A stretch of 64,000 nt of DNA from Squalus acanthias (Eukaryota): the NCBI GenBank assembly GCA_030390025.1, contig CM059431.1, forward strand, positions 108,750,001-108,814,000, written 5' to 3'. The notes beneath the pieces are model-generated. The model ran no database searches. It was not told where the DNA came from and saw nothing but the letters and a program-made list of their open reading frames with translations. Each line of letters opens with the position of its first letter. Position 1 is the stretch's first letter. Of this stretch, positions 1 through 11,764 are shown piece after piece. The translations under genes and the position numbers were made by a program.

Positions 1-167
1 AAATCACTTCCAATGGAAGGTGTTCAGCAATATAACAGGTGCAAAAAGCAGGTCTGAATTAAAAGTTAATGTTTTGAATCAGAAATGTTGCTACATGTTC
101 AGCAGCATAGTTTCAGTTGTGGACAGCAGATGGCGCTTTCCTCTGTTTGATTCTGAAACACTGCTTT

Positions 168-1230
168 ACACACACAGATACAGGCACACACTCACAAATA
201 CGTGCACACACACACAAATACACACACACAAATACACACACACTCACAAATACACACACACACAAATACACACACTCACACACACTCACACAAATACACA
301 CACACTCACACAAATACACACACTCACACACAAACACACAAATACACACACACTCACACAAATACACACACTCACACACACACACACAAATACACACACA
401 CTCACACAAATACACACACTCACACACACACACACAAATACACACACACTCACACAAATACACACACTCACACACACTCACACAAATACACACACTCACA
501 CACAAATACACACACACAAATTCACAAATACACACAAATACACTCACACAAATTCACAAATACACGCACACACAAATACACACACACCAATTCACAAATA
601 CACACAAATACACACACACAAATTCACAAATACACGCACACACAAATACACACACACCAATTCACAAATACACACAAATACACACACACAAATTCACACA
701 CACACACAAATACACACACACTAATTCACAAATACACAAATATACATACACACAAATACACACACACAAATACACTCACACACAAATACACACACACTAA
801 TTCACAAATACACAAATATACATACACACAAATACACTCACACACACAAATATATGCAAACAAATACACACCAACAAATACACACACAAATTCACAAATA
901 CACACACTCATACAAACAAATGCACACAAATACACACCAACAAATACACACACAAATACACAAATACATACACTCATACAAACAAATGCACACAAATACA
1001 CACCAATAAATACACACACACACAAATACACACAAATGCACACAAATACACACCAACAAATACACACACACACACAGAAATACACACACACAAATACACA
1101 CACACACATACAGATACAGGCACACACTCACACACAAATGCACACATACACACACACATACGTACAGATACAGGCACACATTTATTCTCAAATACAGATA
1201 CAGGTACACAAACACATACAAACCCACAGA
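168..1230. repeat. Compound (CA)n / CACAAATA-type low-complexity tandem repeat
   Basis: About 1 kb of cacacaaata/cactcaca units; produces the spurious His/Thr and Val/Cys ORFs in the track. Confidence 0.95.
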
Positions 1231-1973
1231 GCACATGTTAAATTCTCTGTAGAGTTCCAACATTCGAAACTCAAACTACAGCATAAGAAAAGTTTTCACA
1301 AAGTACATTTGGAACCTAATGGTTCAAGGCCCAAGGAAATGACAGAATTCCAAATTCCAGGTCGAGATTTGTCTTGATATTATCAATATAGAGCCCTATT
1401 CACATTGTATTTAAATTACTGGTAATAAAATCATCTTATGCAAGACACAAGGAACTTCATGTTTAATGTCTACTGTATGCTTACCAAAAAGCTAATAAAA
1501 ATTCAGTGCATTTTCACTAAGCTGTTGATTTAAAGCTAGAGTCTCTCCTGACATACAGATATGACCGAAAGATGCCTATATATGTCAGAATACAACTGCT
1601 TTCTCATCCTATCCCTTGCGATGACTATTCGCAATTTGGAGCAAAGGTCAGTCGCCGGAACATACAATTTACATATTCACACTGCCGACCCACACTCTTT
1701 GAGCCTGGACTCCGTGATTTATAGTAATCATTACTGGGAGGTGTTTGTGACTTTTACTTTGCCAGATTTCTACCAGATCCATTTTGTGTAATGTAAATGT
1801 CATACCACTCGGAGTCCTGGCATCTATGTGACAGATGTGCCATTAAAATGATTACAGTGGGAACAAAGGAGTTGCTTTTATTCGTTGTCATCTTTTTAAT
1901 AACTTATTTATATAAGCACAGCATTTCCCTGAGAAAATAACTGGAACTTTCATACTTATTCAGCAGATATATC

Positions 1974-2704
1974 GGCCCAGATTTTCTGGGTCCTATGCCC
2001 GTGTACACGCCCCCGCAAGTTTGGGGCCTTGGCGTGCGCTGCGCTTGCGCGAAAACTCAGAACTTGCAATCTGTCAAGTTTCAGCTCGACAGATCCAGCG
2101 CATCCCCGGGAAATGGACATTCGCTGGTGGAGAACTGCCCAGCGAATGCTCGTGAAACTCTTACGCCTGATGAAAGCAGGCGTAGGGCCTTCTTTTACCA
2201 GCGTAAGAGTTTAAATAAATATCGAAATAATTATTTTTTAATTATTTAAACATAAAAAAATATTTAAATGAGTTATAGGTTAACTTTAGCCCCTTTGAAA
2301 CGTTTAAATTAATTTTTCAAAAAATTAAATTTTTGTTTTAAATGTTTAATTTCATTGTATTTTAATTAATTTGGAACACGTAATGATTTATTTTTATTTA
2401 ACTGGGGTGTAATTGTGTTTTTTAGGGGATTCCTATTCATGCATTTGGGGATTCCGTATGTAAATGGAATCCCCATAAGCATAATGGGGGTCCCCCTTTT
2501 TGATTGGTTGGCCTGGCCCACGTGATCCCAGGGACGCTTGCGAACCGCGTGCGCCCCAGGATACGCGGGCCTTTGCGCATGCGTATGCGTAGAGGCTCAG
2601 GAGCGTGAGTCTTCGAACCTCCGGGACCATCAGGTAGGTTCGTACTTTTCTTGCGGTTCGGAGGCATTCGTCCATGGGAAGGCTCCGACCGCAAATTCAG
2701 GCCC
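1974..2704. mobile_element. Non-autonomous DNA transposon (MITE, probably Harbinger-type), family A copy 1
   Basis: Ends GGCCCAGATTTT...AAATTCAGGCCC; GC-rich arms around an AT-rich core; homologous to 21333-21850 (inverted) and 33672-34408. Confidence 0.7.
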
Positions 2705-3283
2705 ATTAAGTATTCCATAGATTTTGTCAACCAATCAGAGAAGCTTAGCAGAAAATGTTAATGAGAAGGGAATGGGAAATTAGGTGAATTAATATGTAAT
2801 TTGAAAATAGTCAAAATATTAATATAACATACAATAATAATTAGGATTTCCTGGCAGTCAATACAATGTACTTCTTGATAATTTAACTCAAATGAAATTT
2901 CAATGGTTAATCCTTCAATGTGAGTGTAATCACACATCAATTAAGCGTTAGCTCAAGATTAGTCAATGAGCTGCTCTCAACTAAAGTTTGGTCAATAAAC
3001 TGGTTGACACATGTAAATGGATGAGACAGGCAGACAATTCACTTCAGAGTAACTGAAAACCAGCCAACAATTTAGCTTTCATATGTAACATTGCAATGGG
3101 AGATGTTATTGAGACAAAAACTGATTAAAATCGCCCTAGAAGTTTGCAGTATATATTAGAACAATAACAGTTACTTGGAATATTTCAAAGCTGTAATCTA
3201 ATCTCCGGGCTCAGGTAACATTATAAACTGCTCAAGGCTTGCTCCTGCAGTCTATGACATCAACTATCCTCTTTCAATTAGGT

Positions 3284-3846
3284 TACATAAGAACATAAGA
3301 AATAGGAACAGGAGTAGGCCATTCGGCCCCTCGAGCCTGCTCCGCCATTCAATGAGATCATGGCTGATCTTCTACCTCATCTCCACTTTCCTGCACTATC
3401 CCCATATCCCTTGATTCCCTTAATATCCAAAAATCTATCGATCTCTGCCTTGAATATACTCAACGACTGAGCCTCCACAGCCCTCTGGGGTAGAGCATTC
3501 CAAAGATTCACCGCCCTCTGATTGAAGAAATTTCTCCTCCTCTCAGTCCTAAATGGCCGACCCCTTATTCTGAGACTGTGACCCCTGGTTCTAGACTCCC
3601 CAGCCAGGAGAAACATCCTCCCTGTATCTACCCTGTCAAGCCCTGTAAGAATTTTGTATGTTTCAATGAGATCACCTCTCATTCTTCTAAACTCGAGAGA
3701 ATATAGGCCTAGTCTACTCAATCTCTTCTCATAGGACAATCCCCCCATCCCAGGAATCATTCTGGTGAACCTCCATTGCACTCCCTCTATGGCAAGTATA
3801 TCCTTCCTTAGGTAAGGAGAACAAAACTGTACACAATACTCCAGGT
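3284..3846 (-). mobile_element. CR1 LINE 3' fragment (RT C-terminus and tail)
   Basis: ORF 3377-3880 has LEYCVQF..RKDILAIEGVQ..RRMRGDLIETYK..RTRGH..RRNFF, typical of CR1; (CTTATGTT)n tail. Confidence 0.92.
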
Positions 3847-3984
3847 AAATTGTACACAATACTCCAGGTAAACTGTACACAATACGCCAGGTAAACTATA
3901 CACAATACGCCAGGTAAACTGTACACAATACGCCAGGTAAACTGTACACAATACGCCAGGTAAACTGTGCACACTACTCCAGGT
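3824..3984. repeat. Minisatellite, 7 x 23 bp (AAACTGTACACAATACTCCAGGT), derived from CR1 coding sequence
   Basis: Seven units counted directly; the unit matches the CR1 LEYCVQF segment. Confidence 0.9.
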
Positions 3985-4259
3985 TGCAGTATGGTAATCA
4001 CTCCCAGGTGAGCACCATTCGCTTTATGTTTGAATAAAGACAGCTTAAACCACACACAATTTAAAGTTGAACAGTAGAATTAGCACCCAAACCTTAATCA
4101 TCACCTCTCCCTTTACCAGAATGCCATTGAAATTAGAGTCATTTAAAAGGTTCTTAGAATCTTTATAATTCTATAAGACAATTTTTCATCAGTATTTATA
4201 CTGCCATATGGTTTGTGGCACTCAAAATCCTTTATACAGGGCTGTCCTGATGAACAACC

Positions 4260-4790
4260 TTAACAACTTGTATTTATATAGCGCCTTTAATGTAGTAAAA
4301 TGTCCCAAGGTGCTTCACAGGAGCATTATTTGATACCGAACCACATAAGGAGATATTAGGACAGATGAACAAAAACGTGGTCAAAGTGGTAGGTTTCAAG
4401 GAGCAAGGCAAGGTAGAGAGGTGGAGAGGTTTAGGAAAGGAATTCCAGAGCTTAGGGCCTCTGCAGCTGATGGCACAGCCGCCAATGGTGGGGGGTGATT
4501 AAAATCGGGATGTGTAAAAGGCCAGGAATTGGAGGAATGCAGAGATCTCGGAAGGTTGTAAGGCTGGGGGGGGATAGACAGATTTTTGAACAATAAGGGA
4601 GTGGAGGGTTATGGGGCATAGGCAGGGAAATGGAGCTGAGCCCAAGATCAGATCAGCCATGATCTCATTAAATGGCGGAGCAGGCTCGAGGGGCCAAATG
4701 GCCTCCTCCTGCTCCTATTTCTTATGTTCTTATGTTACAGAGATAGGGAGGGGTGAGTCCATGGAGGGATTTGAATACAAGGTATATGTC
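4260..4790 (-). mobile_element. L2 LINE 3' tail fragment with a nested plus-strand CR1 3' end (about 4575-4733)
   Basis: Reverse complement of the L2 tail at 46850-47135; embedded CR1 tail ending TTCTTATGTTCTTATG. Confidence 0.75.
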
Positions 4791-4825
4791 ATAGGACCAT
4801 GAGAGTTCAGAATGAATGAATCAAC

Positions 4826-4954
4826 ATATGAACATTAGGAACAAGAGTAGGCCATACAGCCCCTCAAGCCTGTTCCACCATTCAGTTAGATCATGGCTGA
4901 TCTGTACCTCAACTCCATTTACCTGCCTTTGCTCAATATCACTTGATACCCATA
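4826..4954 (-). mobile_element. CR1 3' tail; host site of the RTE insertion (continues at 8305-8430)
   Basis: CR1 tail sequence interrupted at GATACCCATA and resuming after the duplicated copy. Confidence 0.75.
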
Positions 4955-5602
4955 GTATTCGTGCCAATACTGCTTCCCCGCCATGTTTTAGCGCCTCGGC
5001 GGGAATTCCACCTGCTCCTGAGGCCTTGTTGTTCTTCAGTTGTCGGATGGCCTTTTCAACCTCATGCCGGGCTGGGGTTGTGCTGAGATGGTGGCGGGTA
5101 GCATGCTGCGGGATGGAGTTGAGGACACTCGCGTCGAAGACAGAGTCTCGGTTAAGGAGATCTTCAAAGTGCTCCTTCCAGCGGGCACTGACTGCCTCTC
5201 TGTCCTTGATGAGTACCTCTCCGTTCTTAGCCCACCGTGGAGTAGGACCTTGGGTGCTTGGGCCGTAGGAGGTCTTGACTGTGCTAAAGAATCCACGCAT
5301 GTCGTGGTTGTCGGCTAGCTGCTGGATCTCCTGCGTTTTCTCCACCCACCATCTGTTCTTTAGGTCGCGAGCTTTTTGTTGGACCTCGGCCTTCAAGCGT
5401 CTGTAGAGCTGCTTTCTTGCTCTCGAGTTCTGTTGCTGTTTCCAGATCAGGAATGCCTTGCGCTTGCGACTTATTAGCTCCTGGATCTCCTGGTCGTTCT
5501 CGTTGAACCAGTCTTGGTGTTTCCTGGTCAAGTGACCGAGCGTCTCTTCACAGGTGCTGATTATGGAAGCCTTGAGTGCAGACCAGGCGCTGTGGACACT
5601 CT

Positions 5603-6494
5603 GGGGGAAAAATTCAGTTTATTGCGCCTCCCGTTAGCGCCTTAAGAGGGCGCTAATTGGGTGCAAAGCATCCAGCGCCCAGACGCGGCGAAGTTTGCGC
5701 CGCTCGCGAAATTAACTAGACATTTTGCGGCGGCACTAAACACTACCGCCACGATCTCCTGCGATGGCAGATCATGACGTCACTCGAGTGCGCAACGCCC
5801 CGGTATCGCCCCGGAGCGGATATTGAGTGGCGCCCCCTGCCTTACCGCCTGACGCTAGCAACGACAGGTTGAGGGGAGCGTTCTGCAGTCATGAAGGGAA
5901 AGGGGGAGCGCTATTTAAAGGTGACCGCTTCCTGCCTTTTATTGTTGGTGCCATTTTTGAGCTACGCATTCTGAGAGAGAGAGGGAGAGACTTCTGGAGA
6001 GATTCAACGTTGTGTGAAGGAGTTTTGGGTACTGAGCAGCATTTTGCAGGTTCATTTTGATTTGCCATTCCTTGTATCGATTTAGCAGAGACTGTGGAGG
6101 CTGCACTCTGAGCTCTTTGCCTGGTACTCTCCATTGTTGTTTCCAGCACATTTGATGTGCAGGTCTCTCCAGGCCGAGATTCAAGGCTGCAATGAGCAGG
6201 ATGTGGATGGAAAGCAAGATTAACCATCCCATTTAAGAACTGGCCCGTGGCATTGTGTGTGTGTTCCATTGCTGACTGACATTACATGAGCTTCGCCATG
6301 CTCTGAGGTAGCGCCTCGCTCCTCGGCTTTTGCGCCTTAAGACAGGTGTGAAGCACCTGATATAGCGCTGCAATCACCTACAGGGGCGATAAAAGTCAAG
6401 TTTGCAGTCGGTGGCGATAATTAGCGCCAGGCGCTAATCTTTGCGCCCGGCCGATATTTGCGCCCCAAATGGGGCGATACTGAATTTCTCCCCC
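5603..6494. mobile_element. Harbinger-type MITE, family B copy 1 (892 bp), nested in RTE
   Basis: TIR GGGGGAAAAATTCAGT...ACTGAATTTCTCCCCC; 3-bp TSD TCT; full-length homolog at 32094-32988. Confidence 0.88.
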
Positions 6495-6830
6495 TCTGTG
6501 TCTCTGAATCACTGGGAGTCATCAGGTTGGTTGTGAGGCGCAGGCTGAATAGGGCTTTCTTAGCAGGGTCTTTGAGTGCTCCAGCGTTGATTTTCCTGCG
6601 GCATTGCTTCTGTTGTCGCTGCTGTTTTGGGGCTACATTGATGGAGATGACAGAGTGGATTAGGCTCTTATTTGGAAGGAGGAGAGCATGCCAAGGGATC
6701 TCAGAGACGCCGTAATCATGACCATCTTCAAGAAAGGTGACAAGTCCGATTGCGGTAATTATAGAGGATCTCCCTGCTGTCTGCCACAGGGAAAGTTAGC
6801 GCAAAAATCCTCCTCAATTGCCTTCTCCCA

Positions 6831-8075
6831 GTGGCTGAAGAGCTCCTCCCAGAGTCGCAATGCGGATTCCGCCCACTAAGGGGCACAATGGCCATGATCT
6901 TCAGCGCACGTCAACTACAAGAGAAATGCAGGGAACAGCACCAACTGCTGTACATGGCCTTCTTTGACCTCACAAAGGCCTTCAACACCATCAACCGTGA
7001 GGGATTATGGAGTGTCCTCCTCAAATTCGGCTGCCCTCAAAAGTTTGTCACCATCCTCTGCCTGCTTCACGACGACATGCAAGCAGTGATCCTGACCAAC
7101 GGATCCACCACAGACCCAATTCACGTACGGACCAGGGTCAAGCAAGGCTGTGTCATCGCACCAACGCTCTTCTCGATCTTCCTGGCTGCAATGCTCCATC
7201 TCACCCTCAGTAAGCTTCCCGCTGGAGTGGAGCTAATCTACAGAACAAACGGGAAACTGTTCAACCTCCGTCGACTCCAGTCCAGATCCAAGGTCGTCCC
7301 ATCCTCTGTCATCAAATTACAGTATGCAGACGACGCTTGCATCTGTGCACACTCTGAGGCTGAACTCCAAACCATTGTCAACACCTTCACCGAAGCGTAC
7401 GAGATCATGGGCCTTACACTAAACATCCGTAAGACAAAGGTCCTCTACCAACCTGCCCTCGCCATACAGTACTGCTCCCCGATTATCAAAATCCATGACG
7501 AGGCCTTGGGCAACATGGACCACTTTCCATACCTCGGGAGCCTACTGTCAACAAGGGCAGACGTCGATGACAAAGTCCAACACCGCCTTCAGTGTGCCAA
7601 TGCAGCCTTAGGTCACCTGAGGAAGAGAGTGTTTGAAAACCAGGACCTCAAACCCAGCACCAAGCTCATGGTCTACAGAGCAGTAGTAATACCCGCCCTC
7701 CTGTATGCCTCAGAGACATGGACCATGTACAGCAGGCACCTCAAAGCACTAGAGAGATACCACCAACGCTGCCTCCGCAAGATCCTGCAAATCCATTGGC
7801 AGCATAGGCGCACCAACGTCAGTGTTCTCGCTCAGGCCAACATCCCCAGCATCAAAGCTTTGACCACGCTCGATCAGCTCCGACGGATGGGCCACATCGT
7901 CCGCATGCCCGATACGAGGCTCCCAAAACAAGCGCTCTACTCGGAGCTCCGACACAGCAAGAGAGCCCCAGGTGGGCAGAGGAAACGCTTCAAGGACACC
8001 CTCAAAGCCTCCTTGAAAAAGTGCAACATCCCCACCGACACCTGGGAATCCCTGGCCCAAGACCGCACAAAGTGA
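6831..8075 (+). pseudogene. RTE reverse transcriptase ORF remnant (414 aa)
   Basis: Motifs QCGFR, FFDLTKAF, VKQGCVIAPTLF, LQYADD, FPYLGS; frameshift upstream and premature stop before the C-terminal zinc knuckle. Confidence 0.9.
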
Positions 8076-8960
8076 AGGAGAAGCATCCGAGTCTCTTCGC
8101 CGAGAGCAAGCGGAAGCCAAGCACAAACAGCGGAAGGAGCGCACGTCAACCCAAGCACCCCACCCACCTGCCCCTTCAACCACCGTCTGCCCCACCTGTG
8201 ACAGAGACTGTGGGTCCCGCATTGGACTCATCAGTCACCTGAGAACTCATTTTTAGTGTGGAAGCAAGTCATCCTCGGTTCCGAGGGCCTAAGAAGTAGA
8301 AGAAGATACCCATACCTAACAAAAATCTACCTATCTCAGTCTTGAAAGCTCCAATTGTTCTAGCAAGCACAACCTTTAGGAGGAGCAAGTTCAGGATTTC
8401 TACTACCCTCTGTGTGGAAAAGTTCTCCCTGATAAAGTAGACCATGTAGGCTCTGGCACTTTAAAAAGAAAAATGTGAAAACATCTTAATTGTATTATAC
8501 ATTTCTTTTACTATTTATAAGATTGGTGATAAAGTCAAGAAGTTATTTTAGTAAAGAAACAGACTTGAAGGCATTCTACACTGTAATGTACACCTCCGAA
8601 TGCCAACCCACCCAGCAGGAAACCAAGCACTCTCCAGTGAATACCTCCTCCCCTAACACTTGCAAGACATTATTCCACCACGGCAATCCCTGATCCCAGC
8701 TAGGGAGATCCAGACAGCAGTAAAAGGGATACAGGCCTGGGCCAATTCCCAGCCGAATGCAATAAAGCCTCGGTGGAAACACACTGAAAGTGAATTAGAA
8801 CACGCTATGGAACCCCACAGGCAGAGTTTGCACTAATTGTCACAATTCCTGTACGCTTCCCCTCCAGTATTGTCTATCTCTTTTTGTGTGATATATCGTG
8901 TTTTGACTTTATGTGGTGGACTTATTCAATTTGAGGTCAATTCTGTGCCCATTGCAGAAC

Positions 8961-9108
8961 CTTCCCACATTACAACAATGACTACACTTCAAAAAGTGCT
9001 TCATTGGCTGTAAAGCGCTTTGGGACGTCCGGTGGTTGTGAAAGGCGCTATATAAATGCATGTCAGTCTTTCTGTCTTTCTTTCTGTCTTTCTTTCTTTC
9101 TTTCTTTC
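8961..9108 (+). mobile_element. DeuSINE (SacSINE1-like) 3' fragment with (TTTC)n tail
   Basis: Matches the 3' end of the full copies at 10911 and 28988. Confidence 0.8.
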
Positions 9109-10910
9109 CCAGTGGGCTTTGTATCACTGATGATCATTCTGCACACTAACCTATGATGTTGTTGCTGCAGATTTCTGAGAAATTGATTTGCAATTAATTA
9201 CAGGAACATTTTTCATTTTATAAGGTTATACTTCACTTCCTTTTAAAAAAAAGTATTTCTCAAACATAAACTACTTTGCTGAAAACACGAGTTAATTTGC
9301 ATGAGAATACGTATGGTGACACTTCTTTTTGCGAATTTTGCATGTTTCCTAGTTCACCTGAATAACAGCTCAAGATCTGTTCCGAAGATTTGAAATTTTG
9401 TAAGGATTTATTAATAAGGAGCACTCAAGAGTTTTCTCTGCTAGCACTGATGAATTTTAATACGCCGATGCTGACTGTTCTGATGTTTTATGCTGGAATG
9501 GTGGAGTGAGAACTGCACTTCAATTATTCCCCATTCCGAAATAACATACGCCACAACTTTCATTATTGCCTTTAGTAGTTAATGGTCACTTGCGACATGA
9601 AGGGGTTGAGCAGACTTCATTTAGTTCAATCCACCAGTACAACATAGTATTTAACCTTCTAAAGTCAATGAGAACATTCTGAATCCATGTTCAAACTAAC
9701 AAATCCCTTTGATAGCTAATCTTCACTTATTCCTTTTTACGATATTATATACGCATAGACACTTCAATTTGCACAGGCTGTAATTTTAACATCCTTTCAA
9801 GGGCACATGTGATTCTATCCAGAATATCAAAAAGAAATGCAGGTGTTCAAAGGAGTTCAATAATATTTTCAACAGAGCAACTGTCTCTATTGCAACAAAG
9901 TGCATCCAGTTAGTGATGTGCTTCAGTTTCTTGTGATACTGTATTATTCATTTTATTCATGATTGTACTTATTTGAGGTTCTTATTTCATAGACAAAGTC
10001 AAACAGTAACATTAAAAAAATAAAACCATACAAAAAAATAGCGTAAAGGGGATAATATTACGTGCAAGGTCAGTGTGCTTTGTAATGGATTGAAGAGTGC
10101 TGCGGTATATTTATCTAGTGACCCTGAACTGTCACTTTGACACTGATACCAAAATATTAAACTCCACTGTGCCAGATACGTTAGAGTACCTCGGCAATAT
10201 TGCTGTCATTTTTACACAGGTAGGGGCTCTAATTATTTTCCAACATGAGCTACAATAGAATTATAGTGCTAAAGTCCAGATGAGATTAAACCCACATGAC
10301 TGCTCTAATTAGTTAGGAATTACAAGCGCAGACGCTCTCCGCATTATTGTTTTGGGGCGGCTGTATCAGTCGGTATCCATCTGTCCATTGATCAGAGTTA
10401 AGCCCAGACAGGGAGGTATCTCATTAATCCTGTCACACTGTGGGAATGAGGAGGTGCCTCAGCCTCACATGATGTGACCCAGCTGCTGGCACTGACAGTA
10501 TCACTGTGTCCTCCAGGAACTTTGGTTTAAAAACGGAAAAAGAAACACTGCCAGAAAAAACAAAATACAAACAAGAGGCTTTGACAACCCTGGATATGGA
10601 GGCAAGAGACGGGCGTTGTCCAAATTGTTTTAGTGATATCTATTCCTGAATCATTAATTGTAGAGTGCACAAAATGAGGATACGCCATTCCATAATGTTA
10701 AGGTCCACTTGGCTAAGGTTATGAGAGCACCACTCAGATTTACAACGTTCCCATTCCAGCATCCAGAGGCACAAACACGTATAAAGAATTAAGGGGGACA
10801 TCCAGAGGAATTCTAGGATTAGCGCTCCAGACAAAGGGGACATAATCTATACCAAAACTTCTGGGAGGAGGGCACATCATCATCCATAGTGGTTGCAAAG
10901 CCAGTGATGG

Positions 10911-11370
10911 TGTCAGCTGTGGCTCAGTGGGTAGCACACTCGCCTCTGGGTCAGAAGGTTGTGGGTTCACAGTCCCACTCCAGGGACTGAGCATATAAAG
11001 CTAGGCTGACACTCCAGTGGAGTGCTGCACTGTTGGAGGTGCCGTCTTTCGGATGAGACGTTAAACCGAGGCCCTGTCTGCTCTCTCAGGTGGATGTAAA
11101 AGATCACATGGCACTATTTCAAAGAAGAGCAGGGGAGTTCTCCCCGGTGTCTGGGCCAATATTTATCCCTCAATCAACATCACAAAGACAGATTATCTGG
11201 TCATTATCACATTGCTGTTTATGGGAGCTTGCTGTGCGCAAATTGGCTGCCGCGTTTCCCACATTACAACAGTGACTCCACTTCAAATAGTACTTCATTG
11301 GCTGTAAAGTGAATTGAGACATCCGGAGGTCGTGAAAGGTGCTATATAAATGCAAGTCTTTCTTTCTTTA
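10911..11370 (+). mobile_element. tRNA-derived DeuSINE (SacSINE1-like), full length
   Basis: A box TGGCTCAGTGGG, B-box-like GGTTCACAGTCC, Deu core (CGGATGAGACGTTAAACCGAGG...GGCACTATTTC), L2-like tail. Confidence 0.85.
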
Positions 11371-11764
11371 CTAGCATGATCCTTTTATAAGTCCACTGAT
11401 GGAAAATAATTTTTTAAACAAACAATTTGTGCTGTTTCCCTAATGGTGTAAAATAAAAAAAAGGTCCAAGTGAGTGAAAATCAGACATTAAATTCAGCTG
11501 TGGTTTGTTTTCTATCAAACTATTCAAACTCGCCACCACCTTCTCAAGGGCAATTAGGGATGGGCAATAAATGCTGGCCTTGCCAGCAACGCCCACATCC
11601 CAGGGACAAAGGACTGGATGCAAAGCCAGATCTGCCATTTGGCACTTGGTAATGTAGAGGAACCCTGTTTACTTGATTTCCTCGCATTACTAAGTGTATT
11701 GCCATTATAAATAAAACCAACAAGAGCAACTTGAATCTATACAGCGCTTTTAATGTACTAAAGC

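Larger units (their letters stand above)
4955..8304 (+). mobile_element. RTE-clade LINE, 5'-truncated with inverted 5' segment (4955-5602 and 6495-~6663 minus; ~6664-8304 plus)
   Basis: RTE-like peptides on both strands; (AGA)n tail; TSD GATACCCATA at 4945-4954 and 8305-8314. Confidence 0.9.

Noticed and set aside
20..1377. Long His/Thr- and Val/Cys-rich ORFs
   Set aside because: Translations of a CA microsatellite that lacks stop codons by composition
1485..1547. 63-nt minus-strand exon candidate (ETLALNQQLSENAL..)
   Set aside because: All three frames contain stops; only the 7-nt microexon reading remains possible, and it is weak
3824..3984. CRISPR-like repeat array
   Set aside because: Head-to-tail repeats with no spacers, derived from CR1, in a eukaryotic context
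5827..6269. ORFs conserved between 5827-6269 and 32319-32782
   Set aside because: Similarity comes from MITE copy identity; frames differ between copies and no domain is recognisable
10911..10985. tRNA gene-like sequences (also 19215-19283, 28988-29060, 43520-43589)
   Set aside because: These are SINE heads followed by SINE bodies, not standalone tRNA genes
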